Assembly (NCBI GenBank): GCA_951406725.2
Contig: OX597838.1
Span: 19,096,001 to 19,160,000 of the forward strand
DNA length: 64,000 nt
Direction: 5' to 3'
Origin: Octopus vulgaris
Lineage: Eukaryota
The notes under the pieces are model-generated. The model saw only the letters and a list, made by a program, of their open reading frames with translations. It made no database searches and had not been told where the DNA came from. Below are positions 1 to 12,761 of the stretch, piece by piece; the stretch's first letter is position 1; every line of letters begins with the position of its first letter. The position numbers and the translations under genes were made by a program.

Positions 1-152
1 ACGGAGTGGTTGGCGTTAGGAAGGGCATCCAGCTGTAGAAACACTGCCAGATCAGACTGGGCCTGGCACAGCCTTCTGGCTTCCCAGACCCCAGTTGAGC
101 CGTCCAACCCATGCTAGCATGGAAAACGGACGTTAAACGATGATGATGATGA
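1..152 (+). mobile_element. RTE-LINE-derived 3'UTR repeat (family C), 3' end with (ATG)n tail
   Basis: GGTTGGCGTTAGGAAGGGCATCCAGC...CCATGCTAGCATGGAAAACGGACGTTAAACGATGATG. More than 15 copies in the window (e.g. 3155-3444, 11650-11961, 14882-15170, 17724-18003, 20520-20930, 23008-23476, 35540-35896, 40828-41186, 56780-57075). Confidence 0.85.
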
Positions 153-429
153 TTATGATACATATGTCTCAAGTTGTAGCCGTAATTCAAAGGGGCTAGC
201 CTTGTCATATTCTGTGTGAAGCTGAATCTCCCTGAGAACTAAGTTAATGATATGCATGTCTGTGGAGTACTCAGCCATTTGTGAGTTAATTTTATCCTCA
301 TGTGGTAATGGAAAGTGAAACTGACAGCCAATATTTGCTGTGTCTATTTATCTATATATGAACTTTTCTTTGGATTTATGTATCTACTGCTTCTCTCATT
401 TTCTCTCTTCCACTTCCTTTGTGTCCCAC

Positions 430-850
430 TTCTATTTCCTTACTACCCACAAGGGGCTAAACACAGAAAGGACAAACAAGGACAGACAAACGGATTAAGT
501 CGATTACGTCGACCCCAGTGCGTAACTGGTACTTATTTAATCGACCCCGAAAGGATGAAAGGCAAAGTCGACCTCGGCAGAATTTGAACTCAGAATGTAA
601 CGGCAAACGAAATACCTATTTCTTTATTACCCACAAGGGCCTAAACACAGAGGGGACAAACAAGGACAGACATAGGTATTAAGTCGATTACATCAACTCC
701 AGTGCGTAACTGGTACTTATTTAATCGACCCCAAAAGGATGAAAGGCAAAGTCGACCTCGGCAGAATTTGAACTCAGAACGTAACGGCAGACGAAATACC
801 GCTAAGCATTTCGCCAGGCGTGCTAACGATTCTGCCAGCTCACCGCCTTT
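430..850 (-). mobile_element. SINE family B, head-to-tail dimer
   Basis: Head GGCGGTGAGCTGGCAGAATCGTTAGCACGCC, core GCCTTTCATCCTTTCGGGGTCGAT..AAGTACCAG (resembles the Meta-type SINE domain, from memory), tail AAAGAAATAG. The second unit lacks the head. Confidence 0.85.
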
Positions 851-1289
851 TAGATGTGTGTCCCACTTCTCTCCCCACTTTTGATTTAACAATATGTATC
901 TATGTATCTACTTCTCTTACAATGTTTTTAAACATTTACAAACACAAAACGAACGCAGTCACCTCTCACTGTCTCTTTTGTTCTCTCTTTCTTTCTTACT
1001 CTCTTTCTCTTTCACGTCCTCTCTGAAACATTTAAAAACACAAAACAAACACCGTCACCACTCCCCGTCTCTTTCACTCTCTCTCTCTCTCTTACTTCCT
1101 CTCTGTCCTCCTCTTTCTAGCATTGCCACTTCTTTGAAGTAAGTGTGACACACACAACAGGCACGTACAAAAACAAAAAGCATGTTAATATTGATTATAA
1201 AAGCTTAGTGTATTTTTCCTTTTGTTTCAGACTAAATAAATTCAAATTTCTAAATTAGATAATGGCTACAGACTGAAATACAATTATAA

Positions 1290-1675
1290 CCCGCCACAAA
1301 GGAGGTGAAAGTCTGGAAAAATAGTCAAGAAATTCCAAGAGACTGGTTCCACTGCTGATCGACCTCAACATGACCAAAAAAGAAGTGTGTGGACCCCTCA
1401 GTTTATCAGAAGTACCAGAGAAAAAAATACGGCAAAATCTTCATCATTCCAGTGAAAAGCTGACTGCTACAGTAAATATAACCTGAACATCGATGTATCA
1501 AGTGCTGAAGGAGGATCTCAGGACCCACTTCTACAAGATGATCATGCAAGATGAACTCATGCAAGTTTAGAAGGCCATGAGTCTGGAGAGAAGGCGTCTT
1601 ATCCTGCATCAGATTGCTGAAGGCACACTGCCCAACCTGATGTTCACTGATGAAAAGAAATTTCATATTGAATAG
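1290..1675 (+). pseudogene. Tc1/mariner-superfamily transposase N-terminal relic
   Basis: Translates to KKFQETGSTADRP...MYQVLKEDL...LMFTDEKKFHIE (HTH region plus first catalytic D), with stops and frameshifts. Confidence 0.75.
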
Positions 1676-1815
1676 ACCTATAGGCGCAGGAGTGGCTGTG
1701 TGGTAAGTAGCTTGTTTGCCACCGGCACAGAAGCCAGTCGAGGTGGCGCTGGCATCAACCACATTCAGATGGTGCTTTTTATGTGCCACCGGCACAGGTA
1801 TCACATTCTTCTACG

Positions 1816-2383
1816 TTTATAAAACAGATATAAAAATTCCAAATATATAAATATAAAAATACATATCAATAGATAAATATCGATGTGATATATAAAACAT
1901 AATAATAATAAATTTTAGATTTAAAAGCTGTAATCCATTGGGGTAATGAAAATTTGAGATGATAAAACATTTCCATAGTCTTCTGATTATATGCTAATTA
2001 GGTAATATTAGATAACTATGAAGGTGGTAAATGCAATGTCTTAATTTTTCGAGTGGCTGGTATGTAATTGTATAATTATTTTTTCTGTATTGTGTGAAAA
2101 CATTCAGATGAGGGGAGTGTCAATTTAAAAAATATGAAATATATCATATTACTTGACACATCTCTGTAATGGCCCATAGATGGAATTTTTTAATTTTTGT
2201 ATGATTTTCGTGGTATTTTAGTACGTTCTTTTAATGTTTTATCATTTCAAATTTTTATGACACCAATGTATTACAACTTTTAAATCTAAAATCTATTATG
2301 TTTTATGTATCACATCGATATTTATCTATTTATATGTATTTATATATTTATATATTTGGAATTTTTATATCCGTTTTATAAAT
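1816..2383. mobile_element. AT-rich foldback / MITE-like element
   Basis: 1816-1972 is the imperfect reverse complement of 2233-2383. Confidence 0.75.
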
Positions 2384-2899
2384 GCATATTGACCCTCTCA
2401 TCTCAGTGCCAACAGAGTAAATTGAGGAATGTTATTTTGATGTTTGAATATATTTGGTTCTAAATATGTCCACACCTCTAGAGAAAGAAGAAAAGGAAAA
2501 ACCTCACATCCCAGTTGTAGGAAGCCTCCTACAACTAGGGATTGAGGTTGTAGGACATCCTTCCAGGTCCCACACACACCTCCAAGAACAAGTTGCAGGC
2601 TTACTGCTGATTGTAGGTTTGTGTACAGACTGCGATATAATCTTTAAAATAGACGCCTCTACCTTAGATCTAGACACATCTCGTTAACCCATGCGATGTA
2701 TGATGCAGTATGCTTTTTCTTTTGAGCCCTTTTCATATTGCAGCTTGTTTGTCTTATTCATGCCAGACACCAAACTTGTATTTGTACTGAGTGAACAAAT
2801 CTTTCAAGGGTTACGCAAAGTTTAATCAACTGTGATTTGGCATTCAAAGAAGATGGCACAGATGATTAAGAAACTTTCTTCAAAGAGTGGTTTACAAAC

Positions 2900-3950
2900 C
2901 TGTTTTGTCCTTCCGTACAAAAGTACCGTACCAGACATAATATTTCCAGTTAAACATTGTTCTTTTTTGACAATGCATCAAGCCACTCAGAGAAATTAGA
3001 TAAGCTTTCTAATAATGTGAGAATAGACTATATCTCTAAGAACACCGAATTTTGTTCCAAACATTAGATCACGGAGTGATGGCTAACTTCAAGATATACC
3101 ATCTGAGAAAAAGTTTCAAACCAGTTATGAAAGTAATTGACAGAAAAAGACAAAAAGCACCATCCGAATCGTGGCCGAAGCCAGTGCCGCCTCGACTGGC
3201 TTCCGTGCCGGTGGCAAGTAAAATGCACCAATCCGACCGTGGCCTCGCCTGGCACCTGTGCAGGTGGCGCGTAAAAAGCACCCACTACACTCACGGAGTG
3301 GTTGGCGTTAGGAAGGGCATCCAGCTGTAGAAACATTGCCAGATAACACTGGAGCCTGGTGCAGCCATCTGGCTTCCCAGATCCCCGGTCAAACCGTCCA
3401 ACCCATGCTAGCATGGAGAACGGACGTTAAACGATGATGATGATAAGCCTACACTAGGGGACTTCCGGAAGAAATTCAACATAATGTATGCTGTTGATAA
3501 CATAGCTGAGCCATAGGATGATGTGAAACCCTTATCTTTGGATGATTCTTGTAAAAAATATGTAGCCAGATGTATCCATGACTTTACAAGTTTCCACAAG
3601 CAGAAAGTTTACATCATATTTGGAAAGATATTACAACACTCACAAACAATGTCGGGTTTGAAGAGGTCATAGAAGATCAAGTGGTTGCATTGCTTGTGTG
3701 CTACACAGAAAAACTTATGAAACAAGGAACTGATGCCGTTAGAAAAAGAACAAGCTGAGAATGCAGATGATAACACGGAAATACCACCAACTCTACTTGA
3801 AACGACTGCAAGGAATATAGCTAACAGGTCGACACTTATAAAGAGGAAGGCCTGAAAGTATTTGCTGATAACAACGCTAATGATGAATGTAACATAAAAG
3901 TTACAAGGGGAGTTTACAATGAGCTCGCTTCCTATCCCAAGTTGTACAAA
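2900..3950 (+). pseudogene. pogo/Tigger-type DDE transposase relic interrupted by a family C repeat
   Basis: FDNASSH...FQTLDHGVMANFKIYHLRKSF, then after the insertion KPTLGDFRKKFNIMYAVDNIAEP*DDV; a degraded version of Tigger LDNAPGH / QPMDQGVIANFKAYY / FWKSFNI. Confidence 0.7.
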
Positions 3951-4133
3951 ATAGATGACGTGTCATATAGACATCAAACGACTTCAGATTGGTTCTTCGC
4001 CCCTCAAGCAGATGTCAATGGTGATGAGCAATAAGACAAAAGACAGCATCACTCATCCTCCCAATTACTCATTCTACCACCACCACTCACAGAGTAGTTA
4101 ACACACTAGGATATAAGAACATATCTTATTATA

Positions 4134-4475
4134 TACTCTTTACTCTTTTTTACTTGTTTCAGTCATTTGACTGTGGCCATGCTGGAGCACCGCCTTCAGT
4201 CGAGCGAATCGACCCCGGGACTTATTCTTTGTAAGCCTAGTACTTATTCTATCGGTCTCTTTTGCCAAACCACTAAGTTACAGTGATGTAAACACACCAG
4301 CATTGGTTGTCAAGCAATGGTTGGGGGGGGGGACAAACACAGACACACAAACATATACACACCCATATATATATATATATATACATATATATGACGGGCT
4401 TCTTTCAGTTTCCGTCTCACAAAGCCTTGGCCGACCCAAGGCAATAGTAGAAGACACTTGCCCAAGGTGACGCAT
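4134..4475 (-). mobile_element. SINE family A (tRNA-headed, internal (TA)/(TG) microsatellite, AAAAGAGT tail), truncated
   Basis: Matches the family A consensus seen many times in the window. Confidence 0.85.
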
Positions 4476-5099
4476 TCTGCTACCTGGAAGACTCTAGGAG
4501 AAGGGAAATTTTCATTACAGGTGATGATACAAAAAAAATGGCTATGTACTTTCAGTAATATTATCAGGAAACATTAAATCAGAGTACCATAATGTACTTT
4601 ACTTGTACTTGCAGAGGCATTCACCTGGGGTGGGTCAAGCTAGCCGCAAATAATTTCACTACATCCTTAATGAATGCTGACCAAACCAGACTGTTCGGTG
4701 CATCAGAAAACACAGATGCTGCAAGCCACGGATGTCATTCGTTGCCGAGGTGTAGACTTCATGCTCGGAATTTCAGTGAGAATACATGTTCACATGCGGT
4801 CTCCAATCACACTTTGGGACAGTGTGACCAGTAGCCGCTCATCACGCCACTGACAGTCAACCGTTGCTACTTGGGTTTTATGCGTCCGACAGTAATGTAG
4901 GACACTTAATACTAAGTGGCAACAACAACAACTAGTAGCAGCACACATCTGCAGTATTTGTCAGACGAAATATGCACATGCCATTTGAAAGTGAAGCCTT
5001 GTCATTTCAAAGTGAGATTAATGATTTCAAATTGTAACTTTGCTACTTTAAAATGAGATTAACTAGGTGCTGCTGGCTTAATTACGCACGACTCAAGTT

Positions 5100-5210
5100 A
5101 GAGAAGGGGTGCATTTTATACACAAGGTTTAGGTTTTCCAGAAGTACAGCCCCCTAAAAATCCCCTGCGTATTATACTCAAGGGCGGACTATACTCGAGG
5201 ATTTATGGTA
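5100..5210 (-). mobile_element. Terminal end of a TA-flanked DNA transposon (pogo/Tc-like TIR)
   Basis: Reverse complement TACCATAAATCCTCGAGTATAGTCCGC; the same terminus occurs on the + strand at 50761. Confidence 0.6.
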
Positions 5211-5407
5211 CTCACCTGGCCTGACATGATTTTTTTTTTACACTAGACTGGAAACAAACAGCACTGTATGACAATGACATTCATTTACAGCCAACACTTG
5301 ACGTCAGGGCAAGAGCACACGCACAAACACACACATATATATATATATATTACGTCTTATGTAAGCAAGCATATGTTTGTTTTTGAAGCGCTGAAGTGCA
5401 TCGTAGC

Positions 5408-5870
5408 ACAAGTAGAAAGGTATATTTTTTCAACACGTAAATACTGATAGAACAGCATATATAGGATACAATCCTTACAGAGCAGAAAAATCTGTCAGCA
5501 ACCAGCCATGAGACTTGAACTCACATCCCTTCAATTTCCGGTCAAAGTGCTTTACCGTTTAAGCTAAACTGCTTTACTGACAAATTTTTCTGCAATTTAG
5601 AATTTATAAACTCGTCTGGAAACACTAGATAGAATAGAATAGAAATTACATCATATATAAACAAACACAAGTTTGTTCTATTCCATCTAGCGGGCTAGTG
5701 CTTTACCATCTAGCTTAAATGGTAAAGCACTTTGACCGGAAATTGAAGGGATGTGAGTTCAAGTCTCGTGGCTGGTTGCTGACAGATTTTTCTACTCTGT
5801 AAGGATTTTATCCCGTATATGCTGTTCTACCAGTACTTATGCACTGAAAAAAATAAAGCTTTCTACTTGT
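5408..5870. mobile_element. Foldback element with tRNA-like sequence in both arms
   Basis: 5408-5566 is the approximate reverse complement of 5711-5870. The arm contains an A-box-like TAGCTTAAATGG and a B-box-like GAGTTCAAGTC. Confidence 0.75.
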
Positions 5871-6169
5871 ACGACAATACATACCTACATATATATACAT
5901 ACATATGTGTGTGTGTGTGCGTGTAGGAAAATAATATGCGCTCACTTGGAATTACAAAGAATGTACTGACAAAAGTGAAATATGACAGAGAGAAAGTCGA
6001 ACAATAAGCCCATTATCAAGTAAGAAAGAAAGAACTAGAAACATTCAAACCTTGTTTGAAAGGCTTGAGCAGACAGGAAAACACAAAAAGTAAGAAACAA
6101 AAAAAAGCAAACACAGACATGGAGACATGGAGCAGTATATAAGAGTCACGTCCTCAACATGGCTAAAAG

Positions 6170-6582
6170 GATTTAGTGACCCTACATAAGGGCTTAGTGA
6201 CCCTACATAGAAGAGCTTAGTGACCCTATATAAGGGCTTAGTGGACCCTACATAGAAGAGCTTAGTGACCCTACATAAGGGCTTAGTGGACCCTACATAG
6301 AAGAGCTTAGTGACCCTACATAAGGGCTTAGTGACCCTATATAGAAGAGCTTAGTGGACCCTACATAAAAGGGGCTTAGTGACCCTACATAAAAAGGCTT
6401 GGTGACCCTACATAAAAGGGCTTGGTGGACCCTACAGAAAAGGGCTTAGTGGACCCTACAGAAAAGGGCTTAGTGGACCCTACAGAAAAGGGCTTAGTGG
6501 ACCCTACAGAAAAGGGCTTAGTGGACCCTACATAAAAGGGCTTAGTGACCCTACATAAAAGGGCTTAGTGGACCCTACATAA
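6170..6582. repeat. Minisatellite, 21-24-bp unit AGGGCTTAGTG(G)ACCCTACATA(A)
   Basis: About 18 directly visible units. Alternating variants at the left, a homogenised variant at the right. Confidence 0.95.
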
Positions 6583-6978
6583 CTGCACACTTGCAAGCTA
6601 TTTCACAGATTGAGATGCATCAAAGATTGGGAGATCATGATATGCAGGATATGTGATAGTGTACTCAACATTCAGAGGTAGGTAGGTAGGTATATTCAAG
6701 TCCACAGAGACGAGAAAGTTAGGTAATGACAGAAGGCAATGTGAACCGGGAAATGTAGTGAAAACAGATGCAGGCAATGTGTTCGAGAAAGCAGACAATA
6801 CAAAGTGGGGTGAAGACAGGCAGTACAAGCAGTGTAATAGGGCATGGTGACATTAGAGTATACTGGTCACAAATGGTTCAGTTTAGCTTCCTTTACAAGG
6901 CTTTGATATGAGCTGCAGAAGCTGAGTCATGGGGGCAATGATAGCAGTGAGTGGAAAGTGGTTGGGTTATGTAATGGA

Positions 6979-7361
6979 TGGAAGCACTCCATCGGTTACG
7001 ACGACGAGGGTTCCGCTTGATCCGATCAACGGAACAGCCTGCTCGTGAAATTAACGTGTAAGTGGCTGAGCATTCCACAGACACGTGTACCCTTAACGTA
7101 GTTCTCGGGGATATTCAGCGTGACACAGAGAGTGACAAGGCCGGCCCTTTGAAATACAGGTACAACAGAAACAGGAGGTAAGAGTGAGAGAAAGTTGTGG
7201 TGAAAGAGTACAGCAGGGATCACCACCATCCCTGCCGGAGCCTCATGGAGCTTTAGGTGTTTTCGCTCAATAAACACTCACAACACCCGGTCTGGGAATC
7301 GAAACCGCGATCCTACGACCGCGAGTCCGATGCCCTAACCACTGGGCCATTGCGCCTCCAC
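6979..7361 (-). mobile_element. Full-length tRNA-derived SINE (family F, OR-type-like) with TSD
   Basis: Head TGGAGGCGCAATGGCCCAGTGGTTAGGGC...GGTTTCGATTCCC; flanked by the direct repeat TGGGTTATGTAAT. The same head occurs at 32325-32617 (different body) and 62055-62160. Confidence 0.85.
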
Positions 7362-7462
7362 TGGGTTATGTAATAGTGAAGGACAGAAAGGAATGTTTAA
7401 GTCAGATGGTCAAATCGGTGCAGTGGAATCCTTAATTACACTGCTAGTGTAGTACCCTGTGA

Positions 7463-7795
7463 AGGCGCATGGCTCAGTGGTTAGAACGTTGAGCTTACGA
7501 TCGTGAGGTTGTGAGCTCAAATCCCAGACCGGGCTGCATGTTGTGTTCTTGAGCAATACACTTTATTTCACGTTGCTCCAGTTCACTCAGCTGTAGAAAT
7601 GAGTTGCAACATCACAGGTGCCAAGCTGTATCGGCCCCTTTGCCTTTCCCTTGGATAACACTGGTGACGTGGAGAGGGGAGGCCGGTATGCATGGGCGAC
7701 TGCTGGTCTTCCATAAACAACCTTGCCCGGACTTGTGCCTGAGAGGATAACTTTCTTGGTGCAATCCCATGGTCATTCATGACAAAAGGGGATCT
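7463..7795 (+). mobile_element. tRNA-derived SINE (family E)
   Basis: GGCGCATGGCTCAGTGGTTAG head; near-identical copy at 25981-26313. Confidence 0.85.
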
Positions 7796-7871
7796 CAGAT
7801 ATATACACACACACACACACACATTTATTATGCATCACATGTCTGGATCACCAATAGAACCAGTAACTTAC

Positions 7872-7950
7872 CACGAGCACAGCCTATGAGAAACTCCTCA
7901 CTGCACGACAGTCTTTTACACACTAGATGTGTGCATTTGCGGTTGAATAC
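7872..7950 (-). CDS. SLF1: Next coding exon of the same BRCT protein: VFNRKCTHLVCKRLSCSEEFLIGCAR(G)
   Basis: ctctttctcttccactag|GTATTC...CGTG|gtaagt; 79 nt, in frame with the 16046-16156 exon. Matches SLF1-type CTHL..RL..SEKFL.ACA.G|KW. Further exons probably lie left of the window. Confidence 0.75.
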
Positions 7951-8469
7951 CTAGTGGAAGAGAAAGAGAGACTGGTAAGAATTCTTTGAAAAAACAAGGC
8001 AATTAGATCATCATCATCATCATCACAATCATTAATATCATCGTCGTTATCATCATCAACAAGGTCACAATGACCCGGTGTGAGAACTTTCAAATGGTTA
8101 TACTCAAGTACTATCAGTGGTCATGTTCAGAATGTAAGAAACAGCAGCAAAATGTCCCTCAACTCATGCCCTGCCATTTTGAAAGAGGAATGGCACATTG
8201 TATTACGTAGCCCTAGTTGCAAAAAAATGACAGGATGGTCATGGCTGGAACATTTTTTGATCATGAGCAAAGGCAAGATTCTAAAACTAAGGTGTCACAC
8301 AAAAAGCATTGGAGTGGGTTTTGGCGCCGTGTAAAAAGCAGAGGTGACAGTGTGGCATAAAAAGCACGCAATACAATTTGTGAAGTGATTGGCATTAGGA
8401 AGGGTGTCTAGCTGTAGAAACCAATCCAAAATAGACTATAGAACTTGCTGTAACCCCTGGCTTTGCCAG

Positions 8470-9090
8470 TTTCTTATTTCTTTATTGCCCACAAGGGGCT
8501 AAACATAGAGGGGACAAACAAGGACAGACAAACAAAGACAGACATCAACCCCAGTGCGTAACTGGTACTTAATTTATCGACCACTGAAAGGATGAAAAGC
8601 AAAGTCGATCTCGGTGGAATTTGAACTCAGAACGTAAAGACAGACGAAATACCGCTAAGCATTTCGCCCACCGTGCTAACGGCTCTTATTTCTTTATTGC
8701 CCACAAGGGGCTAAACGTAGAGGGGACAAACAAGGACAGACAAAGGGATTAAGTCGATTACATCGACCCCGGTGCATAACTGGTACTTAATTTATCGACC
8801 CTGAAGGGATAAGAGGTAAAGTCGACCTCGGCAAAATTTGAACTCAGAACATAACAGCAGATGAAATACCTATTTCTTTATTACCCACAAGGGGCTAAAC
8901 ACAGAGGGGACAAACAAGGACAGACATAGGTATTAAGTCGATTACATCGACCCCAGTGCGTAACTGGTACTTGATTTATCGACCCCGAAAGGATGAAAGG
9001 TAAAGTCGACCTTGGCAAAATTTGAACTCAGAACATAACAGCAGACGAAATACCGCTAGGCATTTCACCCGGCGTGCTAACGTTTCTGCC
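8470..9090 (-). mobile_element. SINE family B multimer (3 units)
   Basis: Repeated ~185-bp units, one with the junction AAAGAAATAGGTATTTC. Confidence 0.85.
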
Positions 9091-9489
9091 AAGCCATATG
9101 TGACCCATGCTAGTACCAACATAGAAAACAGATGATAAAAGTTGATGATGATGATGATGATGTGTTCAATGATACCATCCAACATTCAGCTAAGCAACAA
9201 TGTATGAAAAACTTATTAATTATATCAACAATTATATTAACAATGCAATAAAAATATTTCAAAACAGTTCAAACGTCATTAGTATAATGAATGCTGATGA
9301 GTTAATTAAGTCTTTCCTGCTGTCACATTGGACATGTGACAGCTGCGCTAATAAAGGGCTGATACTATTTTATAAGCCAAGGTGGGTGAAAAGCAACACA
9401 AACATGGCCAGGATTGAAATTCAGAGCAGAAGGAGCTAAACAAACTACTGCAACATATCCTGCCTAACAATACCCTAACATCAGGCATT

Positions 9490-10160
9490 CAAGAGAATAC
9501 CCTCCATCAGGCATTTGCCATATTCTGAACGCCTTACTTCCCTGGGCACGGATACATTGAAACTCCGACGTTTGGCAGCTGACTTAACAGACACCCATAA
9601 AATTATTAACCATCTTACAAACAATAACTCTGAGCACCTTTTCAAACTCCACCTGTCTAAAACTTAAGATCATTTGTTTCTTCTTCCAACTGAGACGAAA
9701 CCGTTGTACAGGATCTTGTTCAGTGTCCGGTCATTACTGATATATGGAGACACCCATAAAAATATCAACCATCTTACAAACAATAACCTTTTCGAACTCC
9801 ACCTGTCTAACACCCGTGGACATATTTACAAAGTCAGAAAACAGCACAGCTCCCATGACTTTAGGAAACATTTTTTCACGCTGAGAGTTGCTGAAGCATG
9901 GAACAGACTGCCGGCATCAGTTGTTAGTTGTCGGAGCACTGCATCCTTCAAAACTTCCATGCTTCCTAAGATTTGCCAACATTACACCTGTTTTTTCTCC
10001 CCTCCATACACACACAAGCATGTATCTGACTCGTACACTGTTCACTTCCCAGACATTTGTACATTACTGCATATGCTTTATACACACTTTTGACAAGTCG
10101 TGGTGCACCTGAGCACTGTATACAATAATTTCATTATTATTATTATTATTATTATTATTT
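9490..10160 (+). mobile_element. CR1-clade LINE 3' fragment with internal partial duplication and (TTA)n tail
   Basis: LPYSERLTSLG..TLKLRRL.ADL..THKI...NTRGHIYKVRKQ...RKHFFTLRVAEAWNRLPASVV is the CR1 ORF2 C-terminus. Confidence 0.85.
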
Positions 10161-10581
10161 TAATGATTCTATTGATTAAAACACCTCACTCACACAAGCA
10201 CACATATTTACTCCAATGTATCAATAACCTGTCATGTACGTTATGTGCTGTTAACTAAATTTTCATTGATGATACTAAAAAAATACAAATATTTTCTATC
10301 TTCGAGTACTTACTAACCTTATTGTACTTGGATTATTTTCATTGTTGTATGTCTGAAATAGCTATCTATTCCCATTATCATCATCATTTAATATCCATTT
10401 TCCATGTTGGCATGGGTCGGACAGTTTGATAGGAGCCGGTCAGCTGAAGAGCTGCCCAGACTCCATGTCTGTTTTGGTATGGTTTCAACGGCTGGATGCC
10501 CTTCCTAACGCCAACCACTCTACAGAGTGTACTGGGTGCTTTTATGCAACACCAACAAAATAAATTAAAGAAATGTACCAA

Positions 10582-10652
10582 GTTCCAGCAAGTTTCGAAC
10601 TCACGACCATTTGCATGGTAAGCAGACATGATAACCACTACACTACGATATA
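10582..10652 (-). pseudogene. Decayed tRNA-Val-like copy
   Basis: CGTAGTGTAGTGGTTATCATGTCTGCTTACCATGCAAATGGTCGTGAGTTCGAAACTTGCTGGAAC resembles metazoan tRNA-Val(TAC); the acceptor stem and anticodon are disrupted. Confidence 0.65.
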
Positions 10653-10669
10653 TACAAAGAAGTACCAAT

Positions 10670-11043
10670 CACTAACAGTAGAGGAAAGTTGTGGAGGTGG
10701 AAGACATGGATGCAGTATTGAAGATTAAAGGCTAATCTCAAAATGCTGAGCCTGACAAAGGTGATGACAGAGAACCAAGATATGTGGTGCATTGCTGTAC
10801 TTGAGAAGACCTGCCCACCACAACAGAATTGAGATCCTAAAACCAAGGTATCACGCAAAGAGCATTGTTGTGGGTGTTGGTGCCATGTAAAAAGCATCCA
10901 GTATATTCTGTGAAATGGTTGGCATTCAGAACCCAAGCCAAAAACAGAATATGGAACCTGGTGCAGCCCAGCCCATTGGTCTTGCCAGTTCCTGTCAAGC
11001 TGTCCAACCCTGGGAAAATGGATGTTAACTGTTGATGATGATG
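10670..11043 (+). mobile_element. Old RTE-type LINE 3' end joined to a family C-like UTR
   Basis: RGK..R.KTW..V...L.....V.EKT C-terminus followed by a degenerate family C tail. Confidence 0.6.
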
Positions 11044-11044
11044 T

Positions 11045-11405
11045 ACAGGAGTGGCTGTGTGGTAAGATGCTTGGTTTCAGGTTCAGTCCCACTGTATGGC
11101 ACCTTGGGCAAGTGTTTTCTACTATAACCTCAGGCCGACCAAAACCTTGTGAGTGGATTTGGTAGACGGAAACTGAAAGAAGCCTATCAAATATGTGTGT
11201 GTGTGTCTTTGTCTCTGTGTTTGTCCCACCACCATCACTCGACAACCGATGTTGGTGTGCTTATGTTCCTGTAACCTAGCGGTTCGGCAAAAGAGACTGA
11301 TAGAATAAGTACCAGGCTTTAAAAAAGTCCTGGGGTCAATTTGTTCAACTAAAACTCCTTAAGGCAGTGCTCCAGCATGGCTGCAGTCAAATGACAAACA
11401 AATAA
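11045..11405 (+). mobile_element. SINE family A, divergent copy
   Basis: CAGGAGTGGCTGTGTGGTAAG head and CAGCATGGCTGCAGTCAAATGAC near the tail. Confidence 0.8.
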
Positions 11406-12761
11406 AATGTGTGTGCGTGTGTGTGGCCTATGTTTAAAGGGTTCTAGCAGATTTGTTTGTATCATTCCTTTACCATCACTCTCCCCCGCTACCTTAATCA
11501 CCAATCACTCTCACCAATCACTTTGATTCTACTAAACACTTTTGCTTCATTTAACCACTCACCCTGGTTCCTCTGCCATTCTCTCTCTCTCTCTTTTATT
11601 CACCCTCTTGGTCACAGTACCATCATAGAGTCAGGAAAGATTTTTATTGTACGTAAAAAGCACCATCCGAATCGTGGCCGAAGCCAGTGCCGCCTCGACT
11701 AGCTTCCGTGCAGGTGGCACGTAAAATACACCAATCCGACCGTGGCCGTTGCCAGCCTCGCCTGGCACCAGTGCAGGTGGCACGTAAAAAGCACCCACTA
11801 CACTCACGGAGTGGTTGGCGTTAGAAAGGGCATCCAGCTGTAGAAACATTGCCAGATAAGACCGGAGCCTGGTGCAGCCTTCTGGCTTCCCAGATCCCCG
11901 GTCGAACCATCCAACCCATGCTAGCATGGAGAACGGACGTTAAACGATGATGATGATGATGGAGTGCCAGGTGACCTCATAATTTCAGGTACCATGATGA
12001 ACCCAATACACACTGTAAAATGACTGGTGAATGAGTAGAAACAACACAGGGTCGAGAGGAGCCTTTAGCATTGTCAAAGATATGACAATCTCTCACTTGC
12101 ACCAGTGCCAGGATAAAATGCAGCCAGTGCACCACAAAGTAGTTAGTGGAGGAATGGAGACAACACAGGGCAGAGAGGACCCTTTAGTTTTCTTGAAGAT
12201 AAGAAGATGCTATGATAAAGTAGTTGATGAAGGAAGGATATCCAGCCATAAACTAGACATCAAAATGGTATGTACAAACGGGACATAGTCCTCCAATCTG
12301 AAAGGAAGGCTGTAACTCTGAATAAGAACTGACTCCGATCATAATGACAGGCCCAACCCATGTTGGCACAGAAAGCAAACATAGACGGTTATGATAATGA
12401 TAGTAATAGCGGCAAAACCCATTGAGACCTAAATTTACTACACTGACAAAAACCACAAAAGCATATAATTAAAAATTAATTGCAATTAATTCAGTAAAGC
12501 TAAGTACACAGATGTCCTTTGTTAATGAGTGAGCTACTCAAATTAAAACAACCATATGTGCAGGCATGGGTGTGTGGTATGAAGTTGGCTTCCCAACCAC
12601 ATGGTTCCGGGTTCAGTCCCAATGCATGGCACCTTGGGAAAGTGTCTTCTACTATAACCTCAGGCCAACCAAAGTCTCATGGGTGGATTTGGTAGACAAA
12701 CTGAAAGAAGTTCATCATATATATATATATATATACATACACACACACACACATATATATA

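Noticed and set aside
2440-2700. Candidate third BRCT exon (expected to begin GKW...)
   Set aside because: No acceptor followed by the GN AAR TGG pattern was found between 1 and 7870; the exon probably lies outside the window.
6170-6582. Telomeric or CRISPR-like repeat
   Set aside because: Contains CCCTA and TTAG fragments but no (TTAGGG)n, and there are no variable spacers.
10643-11245. 200-aa ORF and the many recurrent ORFs such as LLSVSVYQIHSQG / LDALPNANHS
   Set aside because: Chance translations of SINE A and family C repeats.
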